Source of the DNA: an uncultured Spirochaetota bacterium
GTDB lineage: Bacteria; Spirochaetota; Spirochaetia; SZUA-6; Fen-1364
NCBI GenBank assembly: GCA_963745235.1
Contig: CAVUXE010000024.1
Span: forward strand, 1 to 13,691
DNA: 13,691 nt
Direction of reading: 5' to 3'
Under the pieces are notes generated by a model that made no database searches, was not told the origin of the DNA, and was given only the letters and a program-made list of their open reading frames with translations. Shown here in pieces: positions 1 to 8,200 of this stretch. How positions within the stretch are numbered: position 1 is the first letter of the stretch; each line of letters opens with the position of its first letter. The position numbers and the translations under genes were made by a program.

Positions 1-208
1 TATCCCCCTTCGCGTCGAAGGTGTACATGTCGAAGCCGAACTGTGACCCGAACTTCAGGAACTGCTTGGATGAGAACGCCTGCGACTCATTGGCCGCGTT
101 CGAGATGACGAACGCTGCCTTCACCAGCTTTCCCTGGGCTCCGACGCCAAAGGCGATCGCGACCAGCAGGACGAGTCCAACGATCAAGACTCTCCTCATT
201 TTTGCCAT
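1..208 (-). CDS. Sugar ABC transporter substrate-binding protein (periplasmic binding protein type I, RbsB-like), 5' part only; continues beyond the left edge
   Basis: Manual translation from ATG at 208: MAKMRRVLIVGLVLLVAIAFGVGAQGKLVKAAFVISNAANESQAFSSKQFLKFGSQFGFDMYTFDAKGD. It has a basic-then-hydrophobic signal peptide ending near VGA-Q, followed by the strand-helix-'G...DA.GD' pattern of RbsB-like binding proteins. Strong SD AGGAGGT lies 5 nt upstream. Not in the ORF track because there is no stop codon in the window. Confidence 0.8.
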   Translation of the reverse strand, partial: MAKMRRVLIVGLVLLVAIAFGVGAQGKLVKAAFVISNAANESQAFSSKQFLKFGSQFGFDMYTFDAKGD

Positions 209-213
209 AGCGC

Positions 214-220
214 ACCTCCT
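214..220 (-). promoter_or_regulatory. Shine-Dalgarno sequence of the substrate-binding protein gene
   Basis: The minus strand reads AGGAGGT-GCGCT-ATG. Confidence 0.85.
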
Positions 221-234
221 CTTGTGTGTATTAC

Positions 235-256
235 ATGAAACACCTGAGTGTTTCAT
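235..256. promoter_or_regulatory. Perfect inverted repeat; candidate repressor operator or 5'-UTR hairpin
   Basis: ATGAAACAC-CTGA-GTGTTTCAT (9-4-9), extendable by TTAC (231-234)/GTAA (259-262) with a 2-nt bulge. It lies between the predicted promoter and the SD. Confidence 0.6.
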
Positions 257-271
257 ACGTAACCCCAACTG

Positions 272-299
272 ATTATGCATACGTTCATCCATATGTCAA
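272..299 (-). promoter_or_regulatory. Sigma70-type promoter for the ABC transporter gene/operon
   Basis: Minus strand TTGACA (299-294), 16-nt spacer, CATAAT (277-272), in an AT-rich intergenic segment. Predicted start site near 265. Confidence 0.7.
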
Positions 300-370
300 T
301 GGAGGAAGATTATTCCACCACGGAAAATCCGAAAGGGCGAAAACTGCACTGATTGGGAGGCAAAAATGAA

Positions 371-1195
371 CTATCCGCCCGAGAGAGCGCGGTACTTTTT
401 CCGGAACTGACTTGGGGTGAGCGTGGTTGTGCTCTTGAAGAGCCGACTGAAATACTTGGTATCCACGAAGCCGAGGATGTCGGCAATTTCCTCCACGGAA
501 GCCGATTTCACCAGCAGCAAATGCTTCGCCTTCTCGATCCGCACGGCGTTGCGATAGCGCATTGGCGAGGTGCCGAGGTGCTTCTTGTAAAGACGCGAAA
601 GGTAGGATGGAGTGACACAGGCCACCCGCGCGAGGGTCTCCACGTCGAAGCCCTCGGAATAATGCTCATCGATATAGGTGCGGCTCCGGTCAAGCGCCGC
701 GTTTCCCGACGAGGCGACGGCATCCAGTTTCTGCGCCATGAAAAGCAGGAGAGATCTCAGGAGGTGGTCTTCCAGCTCGCGATAGTGTTTCGCGCGACGC
801 AAGCGGTTCACATAGGCCCCCTGGCAGAGCCACCCGAGCTCTCCGTCATCGTCGCTCATTTTGAACGAGAATGGAAGCGTGGCGCGACTCCCGAGCTCAA
901 GCCAGAGGCACACGATGTCCTGGTGGCTTGACGCATCCAGGGTTTCGCAATGCATCACCCCCGGGGGATAGGCCAGCAGATCGAAGATGGCGACATCCAG
1001 GGTATCCCCGTTGGTCGCCACGCTCGCCTTGCCGTCGACGAAGTAGATCAGCTCGAGGTAGGGGTGGGAGTGTTCCCGCAAATTCCAGATCTTGCTGTTT
1101 TCATCAAAGCGCTCGCAGAACCTCAACGAGACGGGGCCTTTGCCGGCAGCCCTCAGGAAAGCCTGCACGTCTTTCTTCATGGCGTCCGTCAGCAT
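371..1195 (-). CDS. AraC/XylS-family transcriptional regulator (N-terminal cupin ligand-binding domain, C-terminal double HTH), 274 aa
   Basis: Cupin motif HSHPYLELIYFVDG and YPPGVMH; AraC C-terminal signature SVEEIADILGFVDTKYFSRLFK...TPSQFRK. Start placed at ATG 1195 (GAGGT 7 nt upstream) rather than the ORF-track GTG at 1348; ATG 1180 is an alternative. Confidence 0.92.
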   Translation of the reverse strand: MLTDAMKKDVQAFLRAAGKGPVSLRFCERFDENSKIWNLREHSHPYLELIYFVDGKASVATNGDTLDVAIFDLLAYPPGVMHCETLDASSHQDIVCLWLELGSRATLPFSFKMSDDDGELGWLCQGAYVNRLRRAKHYRELEDHLLRSLLLFMAQKLDAVASSGNAALDRSRTYIDEHYSEGFDVETLARVACVTPSYLSRLYKKHLGTSPMRYRNAVRIEKAKHLLLVKSASVEEIADILGFVDTKYFSRLFKSTTTLTPSQFRKKYRALSGG

Positions 1196-1259
1196 TTCTC
1201 GGACCTCATTGAAATTGAGTTTATGAGTGAAGATGCCGTGCTGTCCACTGATCGTAAAT

Positions 1260-1290
1260 AGTATATGATGATACGTGATCAGATTCACAA
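1260..1290 (-). promoter_or_regulatory. Possible araC promoter (-10 TATACT; weak -35)
   Basis: Minus strand TATACT at 1265-1260, with GTGAAT at 17-nt spacing or TTGTGA at 19-nt spacing. AT-rich patch in a GC-rich window. Confidence 0.35.
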
Positions 1291-4200
1291 CGTTCCCGAG
1301 CCACCAGATCGAACGGGGCTGCACACGCCGGTAGGTAATCCAAGCCACGTATCACGAGCCGCCATCCTTGCTGCCTACTTTGCCAAACGGGACGAGGCTG
1401 CCGGTGCGCTCGGCAAACTGAGGAGACGGGGCTTTCGCCGCATCGCGTTGATGCACAAGGCAACGAACGGAGAGGTCCATGCAGGAGACCCATTCCTGCT
1501 GCACCGCACGCTCGTGGCCCTCCTTGCAGCTGCTGTCTTTGCACTCGTGTCTCTTGCCGCGTCCCTGGTTCTGGAGTGGCCGATGCTGCTTCCGAGCCTG
1601 ACGGGCGGATCCGCTGGACTGCTGGCCGGGTGGATGTTGAACCGGCGCTCGCAGCGCGGCATCAAGCGGAGTCTGCTCAAGGATCACGCACGATGGCTGG
1701 TGTCGGATGAAACGGTCCTCATCCTCCAGGCGCCGTCTCGGACACTGCATGCAGCCGTTTCCCTGCTGCGGGAAGGCGGCGACATCCCGCCTGCTGTTTT
1801 CGTTCTGCATCCGAAACGCCCACTGCCCGAGGCCAGGACGCGCGGCTCAATACTCTCGCGGCTCCAGGACGCCCGCCGCAGGATCCACGACGTCTGCACG
1901 GATCTCTCCCAGGCAGGCAAGCTGGAGCAGGGAACGCCTCCCACGGCAGAGTGGATTCTCGACAATGAATACGTCATCGAAGGCAATGCGCGCGACGTTC
2001 AGGTGAATCTCCCTCCGCAATTCTGCCGTCGGCTTCCGAGCCTCACGGGCGGACCTTTCGCCGGCCTGCCGCGCATCTATGATATCGCCTGCAAGCTCGT
2101 TGCCGGCCTCGAGCTGCGCCTGGACAGGGAGAACATCTCGGGGTTCATCGATGCGCGCCAGTCCGACGGCCCCCTGGCTATTGGCGAGCTATGGGCCCTT
2201 CCCCAGATGCTGCGCATCGCTTTGATCGAGAGCATACGGGACCTCGGCCTGCGGGCTTCAGCCGAGCTGCGCGAGCGGGAAATCGCGGACTTCTGGGCCA
2301 GCCGGCTGATACGGGCCAACAGGAGGGGTCCGGATCAGTTGTTTGCGATCCTTGCCGAGCTTGCCGCAACGCAGCCAAACCCCAGCCCCTATTTCGCTGC
2401 TCAGCTGGTCGATCACCTGTATGACGAAGAAGCTGCCCTCGTGCTGGTGCACGGGTGGCTGGAGCGCACGTACCACAGGCCCATCGCAGAGATCAACCTG
2501 CGCGAGCAGAACCGCCAGGCAAAGGATCAGATCTCCATCGGCAACGCCTTCACCAGCCTCAGGCAACTCGCCCTGCTCGACTGGCGGGAGATATTCGAGC
2601 ATTCCAGCCGCGTTGAGCGGCTGCTGCGCAGGGACCCCGCGGGGGTTTATCCACAGATGGACTTCGACACGCGAGATCGCTATCGGAGAGTGATCGAAGA
2701 GTTGGCTCGCAGATCCGGCCAGACCGAAGAAGGAGTCGCGGAACAGGTCCTCACGCTCGCCGCGGAAGCGCCCAGCGGCCCCCATGCTGATGAGCGGCTG
2801 CGCCATGTGGGCGCCTGGCTGATCGGAACTGCCAGAGGCGCGCTCGTGCTGCAGCTGCGCTGCAGAGAGAGTGGTCGCTATCGCCGCTTGCACTGGGTCT
2901 ACCGTCACGCGGCCGCGGCGTACTTCCCTTTGCTTGCCGCCCTCACGATCGCCTCCACACTCGCAATCACCCTGGCTGGCCCGTTCGCGCACCAGCCGCA
3001 CGCGCGGGCGCTGGTTGCCCTGCTTCTGCTGCTTCCTGTCAGTCAGCTCGTCCTCGAGCTTCTCAATTACCTCGTCACACGGCTCCTTCCGCCCCGCGGC
3101 TTGCCCAAAATGGATTTCAAGGTTTCCGGAATCCCGGACGAGTTTCGGACGCTCGTCGTCGTGCCCTTGCTGCTCGGCAATGAGGATTCGATCCGCGCCG
3201 AGGTGGAGAAGCTCGAGGTCCGCTACCTTGCAAACAAAGAGCGCAACCTCCTCTTCAGCCTCTTCACCGATTACCGGGACGCGGACCAGGTGCAGCGTGT
3301 CGAAGACTCGCGCCTTCTGCAAACAATGATCGAGAGTCTGGAAGCGCTGAACCAGCGCCACGGCGACGGGCGTTTCCTGCTTTTCCATCGCGAGCGCGCA
3401 TGGAGCGCGTCCGAGCAGAAATACATTGGCTGGGAGCGCAAGCGAGGCAAGCTGGAAGAGCTGAATGGCTTGATCACGGGCTCGCGGTCCAGGGAGTCTG
3501 CAAACCTGGTCCGGATTGGCGATCCTGCCGCCCTGCGCAACGTCAGGTTCGTGATCACCCTGGACAGCGACACCCAGCTCCCGCCGGGCGCCGCCCGCCG
3601 CATGATCGAGACGCTGGCGCATCCTCTCAACCAGCCGCGCGTCGACCAGGCCGGCGGAGTGGCTGCCGGCACGTACACCATCATACAGCCGCGCGTGAGC
3701 CCTTCCCTGCCGAGCGCGAGCGCCTCTCTTTTCGGCCGCCTGTTCGCGGATGCGCGGGGGATCGATCCCTACACGCGCGCGGTTTCAGACGTCCACCAGG
3801 ATCTCACGGGTGAAGGCTCGTATTACGGAAAGGGGATCTATGATGTGCGGGCTTTCGATCGCGTGCTCTCCGGGCGTTTCCCGGACGATCGCCTGCTGAG
3901 CCATGACCTGATAGAAGGAGCTCACGTCCGCGTCGGGCTGGCCAGCGACATCGAGCTCTATGACGAGTTCCCTCACGGCTACGGTGAGTACGCGCAACGG
4001 CAGCATCGCTGGATTCGCGGCGACTGGCAGATCGCGAAGTGGGTTTCAGGAAGTGTTCCGCGGCATGAAGCCGGGAAAGAACGGAATCCGCTCTCCTTCT
4101 ACGATCGGTGGAAGCTTTTCGATAACCTGCGCCGCAGTCTTGTGCCGGCCGCCAGCGTTGGTCTGCTCCTGGCGTGCTGGGCCGTCTCGCCCCCCGCGGG

Positions 4201-5296
4201 CCTGGCTGCAACCCTGGTCGTGGCCGCCCAGCTCCTCTTTCGGCCCTTCGCACAGCCTTTCACCATGGCAACCACGCGACGCGGGCTCAGGGGCTTCACA
4301 CTCGCCGTCGTCGCTCACGACCTGCTTCGGGCGCTCGCGGATGCCGCATTCCTTCCCCACCAGGCGGGGCTGGCGCTGGATGCAATAGTCCGGGCCGGCT
4401 ACCGCCGCTTCATTTCTCACAGGGGAATGCTCCAGTGGACATCCGCCCAGGCGCTGCCCGGAGCCGGTCCCAAGGGGCCGCGGCTTCTCATGATGTCGAT
4501 GGCCCTGGTCAGCCTTGCGAGCGCCACAACGGCATTCCTCATGCTGCGCTGGCTGCCATCTGGTCTTGTGAATGCCAGCCCGTGGCTGGCTGCATGGTTT
4601 CTGTCTCCCCTGGTTGCCTGGCTCCTGAACCTGAAACCGCGCGTCCAGGAACGGCCCCTCGCGCTGCCTCAGGCGGATGCACGATTCCTCAGAGAGATTG
4701 CTCGACGGACCTGGCGGTATTTCGACGATTTCGTCGATGCCGGCACATCCTGGCTTCCCCCGGATAACTACCAGGTCTCTCCACGGAATGAGCTGGCGAT
4801 GCGTACCAGTCCTACCAACATCGGTCTGTGGATGTTGAGCCTGTTGGCGGCCCGCGATTTCGGGTACCAGACCGCGGACCAGGTCTTTGAGAAACTGACG
4901 CTCACCATGCAGACCATTGCAGGGATGCAGCGCTTCGAAGGCCACCTGCTGAACTGGTACGAGGTGCGAACCCTGGCCCCGCTCGAGCCCCGTTACGTCT
5001 CTTCCGTGGACAGCGGAAACCTTCTGGGTGCCCTGTGGGCCCTCGAACAAGGGCTCCTCGGGATGCTCCGGGAACCAATCCTCGACGATGCAGCCTTTTC
5101 CGGCCTCTTGGATGCAGGAAGAATCCTGCGACGAATCCTGGGGCGGGGCAGGTCGTCGAGCTCCGGCTCGCAGGCTCTCTCCGCGCTCGTGGGCAAATGG
5201 GAAAGCCGGCCGCCTCGGTTTGTCGACTCCCTCGGTCTTCTTCGAGTCAGGGGAAGAGGAGCTCAGAGCGATTGCCGGCCCGGGCGAGGATCGTGA
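1265..5296 (+). CDS. ndvB: Cgs fragment 1: N-terminal membrane extension, GT84 glycosyltransferase domain, TM helices and start of the cyclase domain
   Basis: Motifs AEWILDNEY, GELWALPQMLR, YPQMDFDTRDRYR, GWERKRGKLEELN (~3430), TLDSDT (~3560), YYGKGIYDV, LSHDLIEG, RQHRWIRGDWQ (RxxRW, ~4000), LPPDNYQ, RTSPTNIG, GHLLNWY, YVSSVDSGNL. The true frame ends near 5250. Confidence 0.9.
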   Translation: MMIRDQIHNVPEPPDRTGLHTPVGNPSHVSRAAILAAYFAKRDEAAGALGKLRRRGFRRIALMHKATNGEVHAGDPFLLHRTLVALLAAAVFALVSLAASLVLEWPMLLPSLTGGSAGLLAGWMLNRRSQRGIKRSLLKDHARWLVSDETVLILQAPSRTLHAAVSLLREGGDIPPAVFVLHPKRPLPEARTRGSILSRLQDARRRIHDVCTDLSQAGKLEQGTPPTAEWILDNEYVIEGNARDVQVNLPPQFCRRLPSLTGGPFAGLPRIYDIACKLVAGLELRLDRENISGFIDARQSDGPLAIGELWALPQMLRIALIESIRDLGLRASAELREREIADFWASRLIRANRRGPDQLFAILAELAATQPNPSPYFAAQLVDHLYDEEAALVLVHGWLERTYHRPIAEINLREQNRQAKDQISIGNAFTSLRQLALLDWREIFEHSSRVERLLRRDPAGVYPQMDFDTRDRYRRVIEELARRSGQTEEGVAEQVLTLAAEAPSGPHADERLRHVGAWLIGTARGALVLQLRCRESGRYRRLHWVYRHAAAAYFPLLAALTIASTLAITLAGPFAHQPHARALVALLLLLPVSQLVLELLNYLVTRLLPPRGLPKMDFKVSGIPDEFRTLVVVPLLLGNEDSIRAEVEKLEVRYLANKERNLLFSLFTDYRDADQVQRVEDSRLLQTMIESLEALNQRHGDGRFLLFHRERAWSASEQKYIGWERKRGKLEELNGLITGSRSRESANLVRIGDPAALRNVRFVITLDSDTQLPPGAARRMIETLAHPLNQPRVDQAGGVAAGTYTIIQPRVSPSLPSASASLFGRLFADARGIDPYTRAVSDVHQDLTGEGSYYGKGIYDVRAFDRVLSGRFPDDRLLSHDLIEGAHVRVGLASDIELYDEFPHGYGEYAQRQHRWIRGDWQIAKWVSGSVPRHEAGKERNPLSFYDRWKLFDNLRRSLVPAASVGLLLACWAVSPPAGLAATLVVAAQLLFRPFAQPFTMATTRRGLRGFTLAVVAHDLLRALADAAFLPHQAGLALDAIVRAGYRRFISHRGMLQWTSAQALPGAGPKGPRLLMMSMALVSLASATTAFLMLRWLPSGLVNASPWLAAWFLSPLVAWLLNLKPRVQERPLALPQADARFLREIARRTWRYFDDFVDAGTSWLPPDNYQVSPRNELAMRTSPTNIGLWMLSLLAARDFGYQTADQVFEKLTLTMQTIAGMQRFEGHLLNWYEVRTLAPLEPRYVSSVDSGNLLGALWALEQGLLGMLREPILDDAAFSGLLDAGRILRRILGRGRSSSSGSQALSALVGKWESRPPRFVDSLGLLRVRGRGAQSDCRPGRGS

Positions 5297-8200
5297 CTAT
5301 TGGGCCGGACAGCTGGAGAAGCAATCATCGGCCTGGCGGCACGTCGTGGACCGCTACCTGCGTTGGATGGAGATACTGGCCGAGAAGTCGGAGGAGGAGA
5401 TCCTGTCTCTGGGCCCCGAGGCCGCGGAGGCGGTGAGCCAGACGCTGTCACGTGCCCCTTCGCTGAGCGACCTGGCCAACGGAAGCGTTCGATGCATTCC
5501 AGTCCTGCAGCGCATGCGGGAGACTGCGGCGCCCGCGGATCCGCTCTGCGCCTGGCTTGACCGGGTGCTGCAGGCATTTTCCACCTCCCGTTGGCTGGCC
5601 GGCGAGATCCTTGGCCTCGCGGAACGGCTCATCACGGATTGCGGGGCACTGTCGGAACAGATCAACATGCGCTTCCTGTACGACCCCGAGCGTCGATTGT
5701 TTTCCATCGGCTACAACGTGTCAGAAGGACGCCGCGACGGCGCATTCTACGACCTTCTGGCGAGCGAAGCTCGACTGGGCAGCTTTGTCGCGATTGCCCG
5801 AGGCGATGTCCCGTTCGAGCATTGGTTTTCGCTGAGCCGCCCGTACACGTCAGTCGGCCGACGCCGCGTTCTCCTCAGCTGGACCGGGACGATGTTCGAG
5901 TACCTCATGCCCCTGATTTTTCAGGCATCCCTGCCGAACACGCTCCTGGAAGAAGCTGCGCGCGGTGCCGTTGCCGTGCAAATGGAGCATGCACGGCGTC
6001 ACCATGTGCCATGGGGGATCTCGGAATCTACCTTTGCGGACCTGGACATCAATCGGGTCTATCAGTACAAGGCATTCGGCGTGCCTCAGCTGGGATTGAA
6101 GCGCGAGACAGAGGAGAAAGTCGTCGTGGCCCCCTATGCCTCCTTGCTCGCTGTCGGTTTCGCGCCGCTTGAAACAATGCGCAACCTGAGACGCCTGGCC
6201 GCCCTTGGGCTGCTGTCCAGCCATGGATACTACGATGCCATCGATTTCAGCCGCCAACCTGGCCGCGCCGGCGGCAAAGGCGTGGTTGTCCAGGCGTACA
6301 TGGCGCATCACCAGGGCATGAGCTTCCTCTCCTTGACGAACTTCCTTTTCCAGGGAGCGATCCGCGGCCGTTTCCGCGCCGACGGACGCGTGCGCGCGGT
6401 CGAGCCCCTGCTCCATGAGAGAGTTCCGGTCCTGCGTTCGCTCCATCACATCTCCACGCGCGAACGCGCGCAGGCGGCTGCGAGCGTAGGCGAAATTGCT
6501 GCTTCCACGACCACGTTCGACACGGCACACACGCGAACCCCCAAGACACAGCTGCTCAGCAACGCTCGCTATAGCGTCATGCTCACCAACGCGGGCGGCG
6601 GCTACAGCCAGTGGGGCGCGCTGGAGATCACGCGATGGAGGTCGGACCGGACACGGGACCCGTGGGGGACCTTTTTCTACATCAACGAACCTGATTCGGG
6701 TGAAACCTGGTCCGCCACATTCCAGCCCTGCGGGGGGCCGGATGAATCGTGTTCCACTTCCTTTGCGCTGGATCGAGCCGAGTTCAAGCGCACCGACAAC
6801 GGCATCCACACGCGCACGGAGGTCGTCGTCTCTCCCGAAGACGACGTGGAGATCCGCCGGATCACGCTGGTCAATCGCTCACTTCGCACGCGCGTGTTGG
6901 AATGCACCAGCTATGTCGAGCTATCCATGGCCCCGCACGCAGCCGACAGGCAGCATCCGGCCTTCAACAAGCTGTTCGTTCAGACCGAGGCGCTTCCGCA
7001 GCTGCACGCGCTTCTTGCGTTCCGACGTCCGCCCGGGCAGGATGCCCCGTCGATGTACGTTGCTCACCGCGTGACTGTCGAAGCCGCGGAGCAGGAGCCG
7101 CTCCGATTCGAGACCGACCGCCGAACGTTTATCGGCAGGGGACGGACCCTGGCGAATCCAAGAGGAAGCGCCGAGGAGCCGCACAACTCCGAGGGATACG
7201 TGCTGGATCCGGTTCTCAGCATCCGAACGCGTGTGCGCCTTGCTCCCGGGCAGCACGTTGTGCTTTCGCTGGTGCTCGCCGCCGCTGAAAGCCGGGAGCA
7301 CGCTTTGCGGCTCATGGCAAAGTACGCCGACCCGCACGCAATAGATCGAGCCATGGACTTTGCATGGGCTGCCGCGCAGCTCGAGCTGCGCGTGCTGCGC
7401 ATCCAGCCCGACGACGCGCGCCGCTTCCAGCAGCTTGCAAGCCACCTGTTGTACCCCAACCGGCTGCTGCGGTCTGCCGCGGAGCGCATCGAGGAGAATG
7501 TCAAAGGCCAGGCCGGTCTCTGGCAGTACGGGATCTCGGGAGACGTCCCCATCGCCCTGGTGACGATCAACGAGATTCGTGACGTCGGCCTGGTCGGACA
7601 GATGCTCCAGGGGCACGCCTACTGGCGCATGCACGGGCTGATCGCGGACCTGCTGATCATTGCTGAAGAGGCGAGCACCTACGAACGGCCGGTGCACGAG
7701 AGGCTGGAAGCTCTGATCCAGGCCCATTCGACGCATACGGGCAGGGACAAGCCCGGCGGTGTTTTCCTGCGGAGTGCTGACCAGATTCCGGAGGCGGACC
7801 TGACACTTCTCCACGCGGCCGCCAGCGTTGTGCTCGTGGGGGCGCGCGGCGCTCTCCCGCAGCAGGTGGGCATACCGGGGGAGGCGCCGGAACCGCCGCA
7901 GAGGCCGGCCTGGAAACGGGCTTCCGAAGATCCGTCGTCTCCCCTTCCGTTCCTGGAGCTGCCGTATTTCAACGGCATCGGCGGCTTCACTCAGGACGGC
8001 CGCGAATATGCGATCTATCTCGGCGCCGGCACCCACACCCCAGACCCCTGGGTGAATATCATGGCCAACCCGACTTTCGGAACCCTGGCAAGCGAAAGCG
8101 GCGCCGGGTTCACATGGAGCGGGAACAGCCAGCGAAATCGACTCAGCACGTGGTCGAACGATCCAGTTACCGACCCCGCCTCTGAGGTGCTGTATGTCAG

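Noticed and set aside
318-367. TCC-GAAA-GGG mini-hairpin with A-rich flanks, superficially like a c-di-GMP-I riboswitch; also irregular G-AAAA repeats as possible AraC sites
   Set aside because: The stem is only 3 bp, the GCAAAC/GACGCAAAG core and second hairpin are absent, and it is on the strand opposite both flanking genes. The repeat spacings (18, 16, 23 nt) are not periodic.
353-931. 192-aa plus-strand ORF, plus 21-272, 871-1212 and 950-1261
   Set aside because: Antisense shadows of araC and the binding-protein gene with no family features.
1196-1348. 51-aa N-terminal extension of AraC in the ORF track
   Set aside because: It runs through AT-rich promoter-like DNA and overlaps the cgs ORF; ATG 1195 has an SD and gives a typical AraC length.
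1269-1354. tRNA gene or integron attC site
   Set aside because: GTTCGATC is present, but there is no cloverleaf (no D or anticodon arm; the T-like loop is apical), and there are no RYYYAAC/GTTRRRY boxes at the ends.
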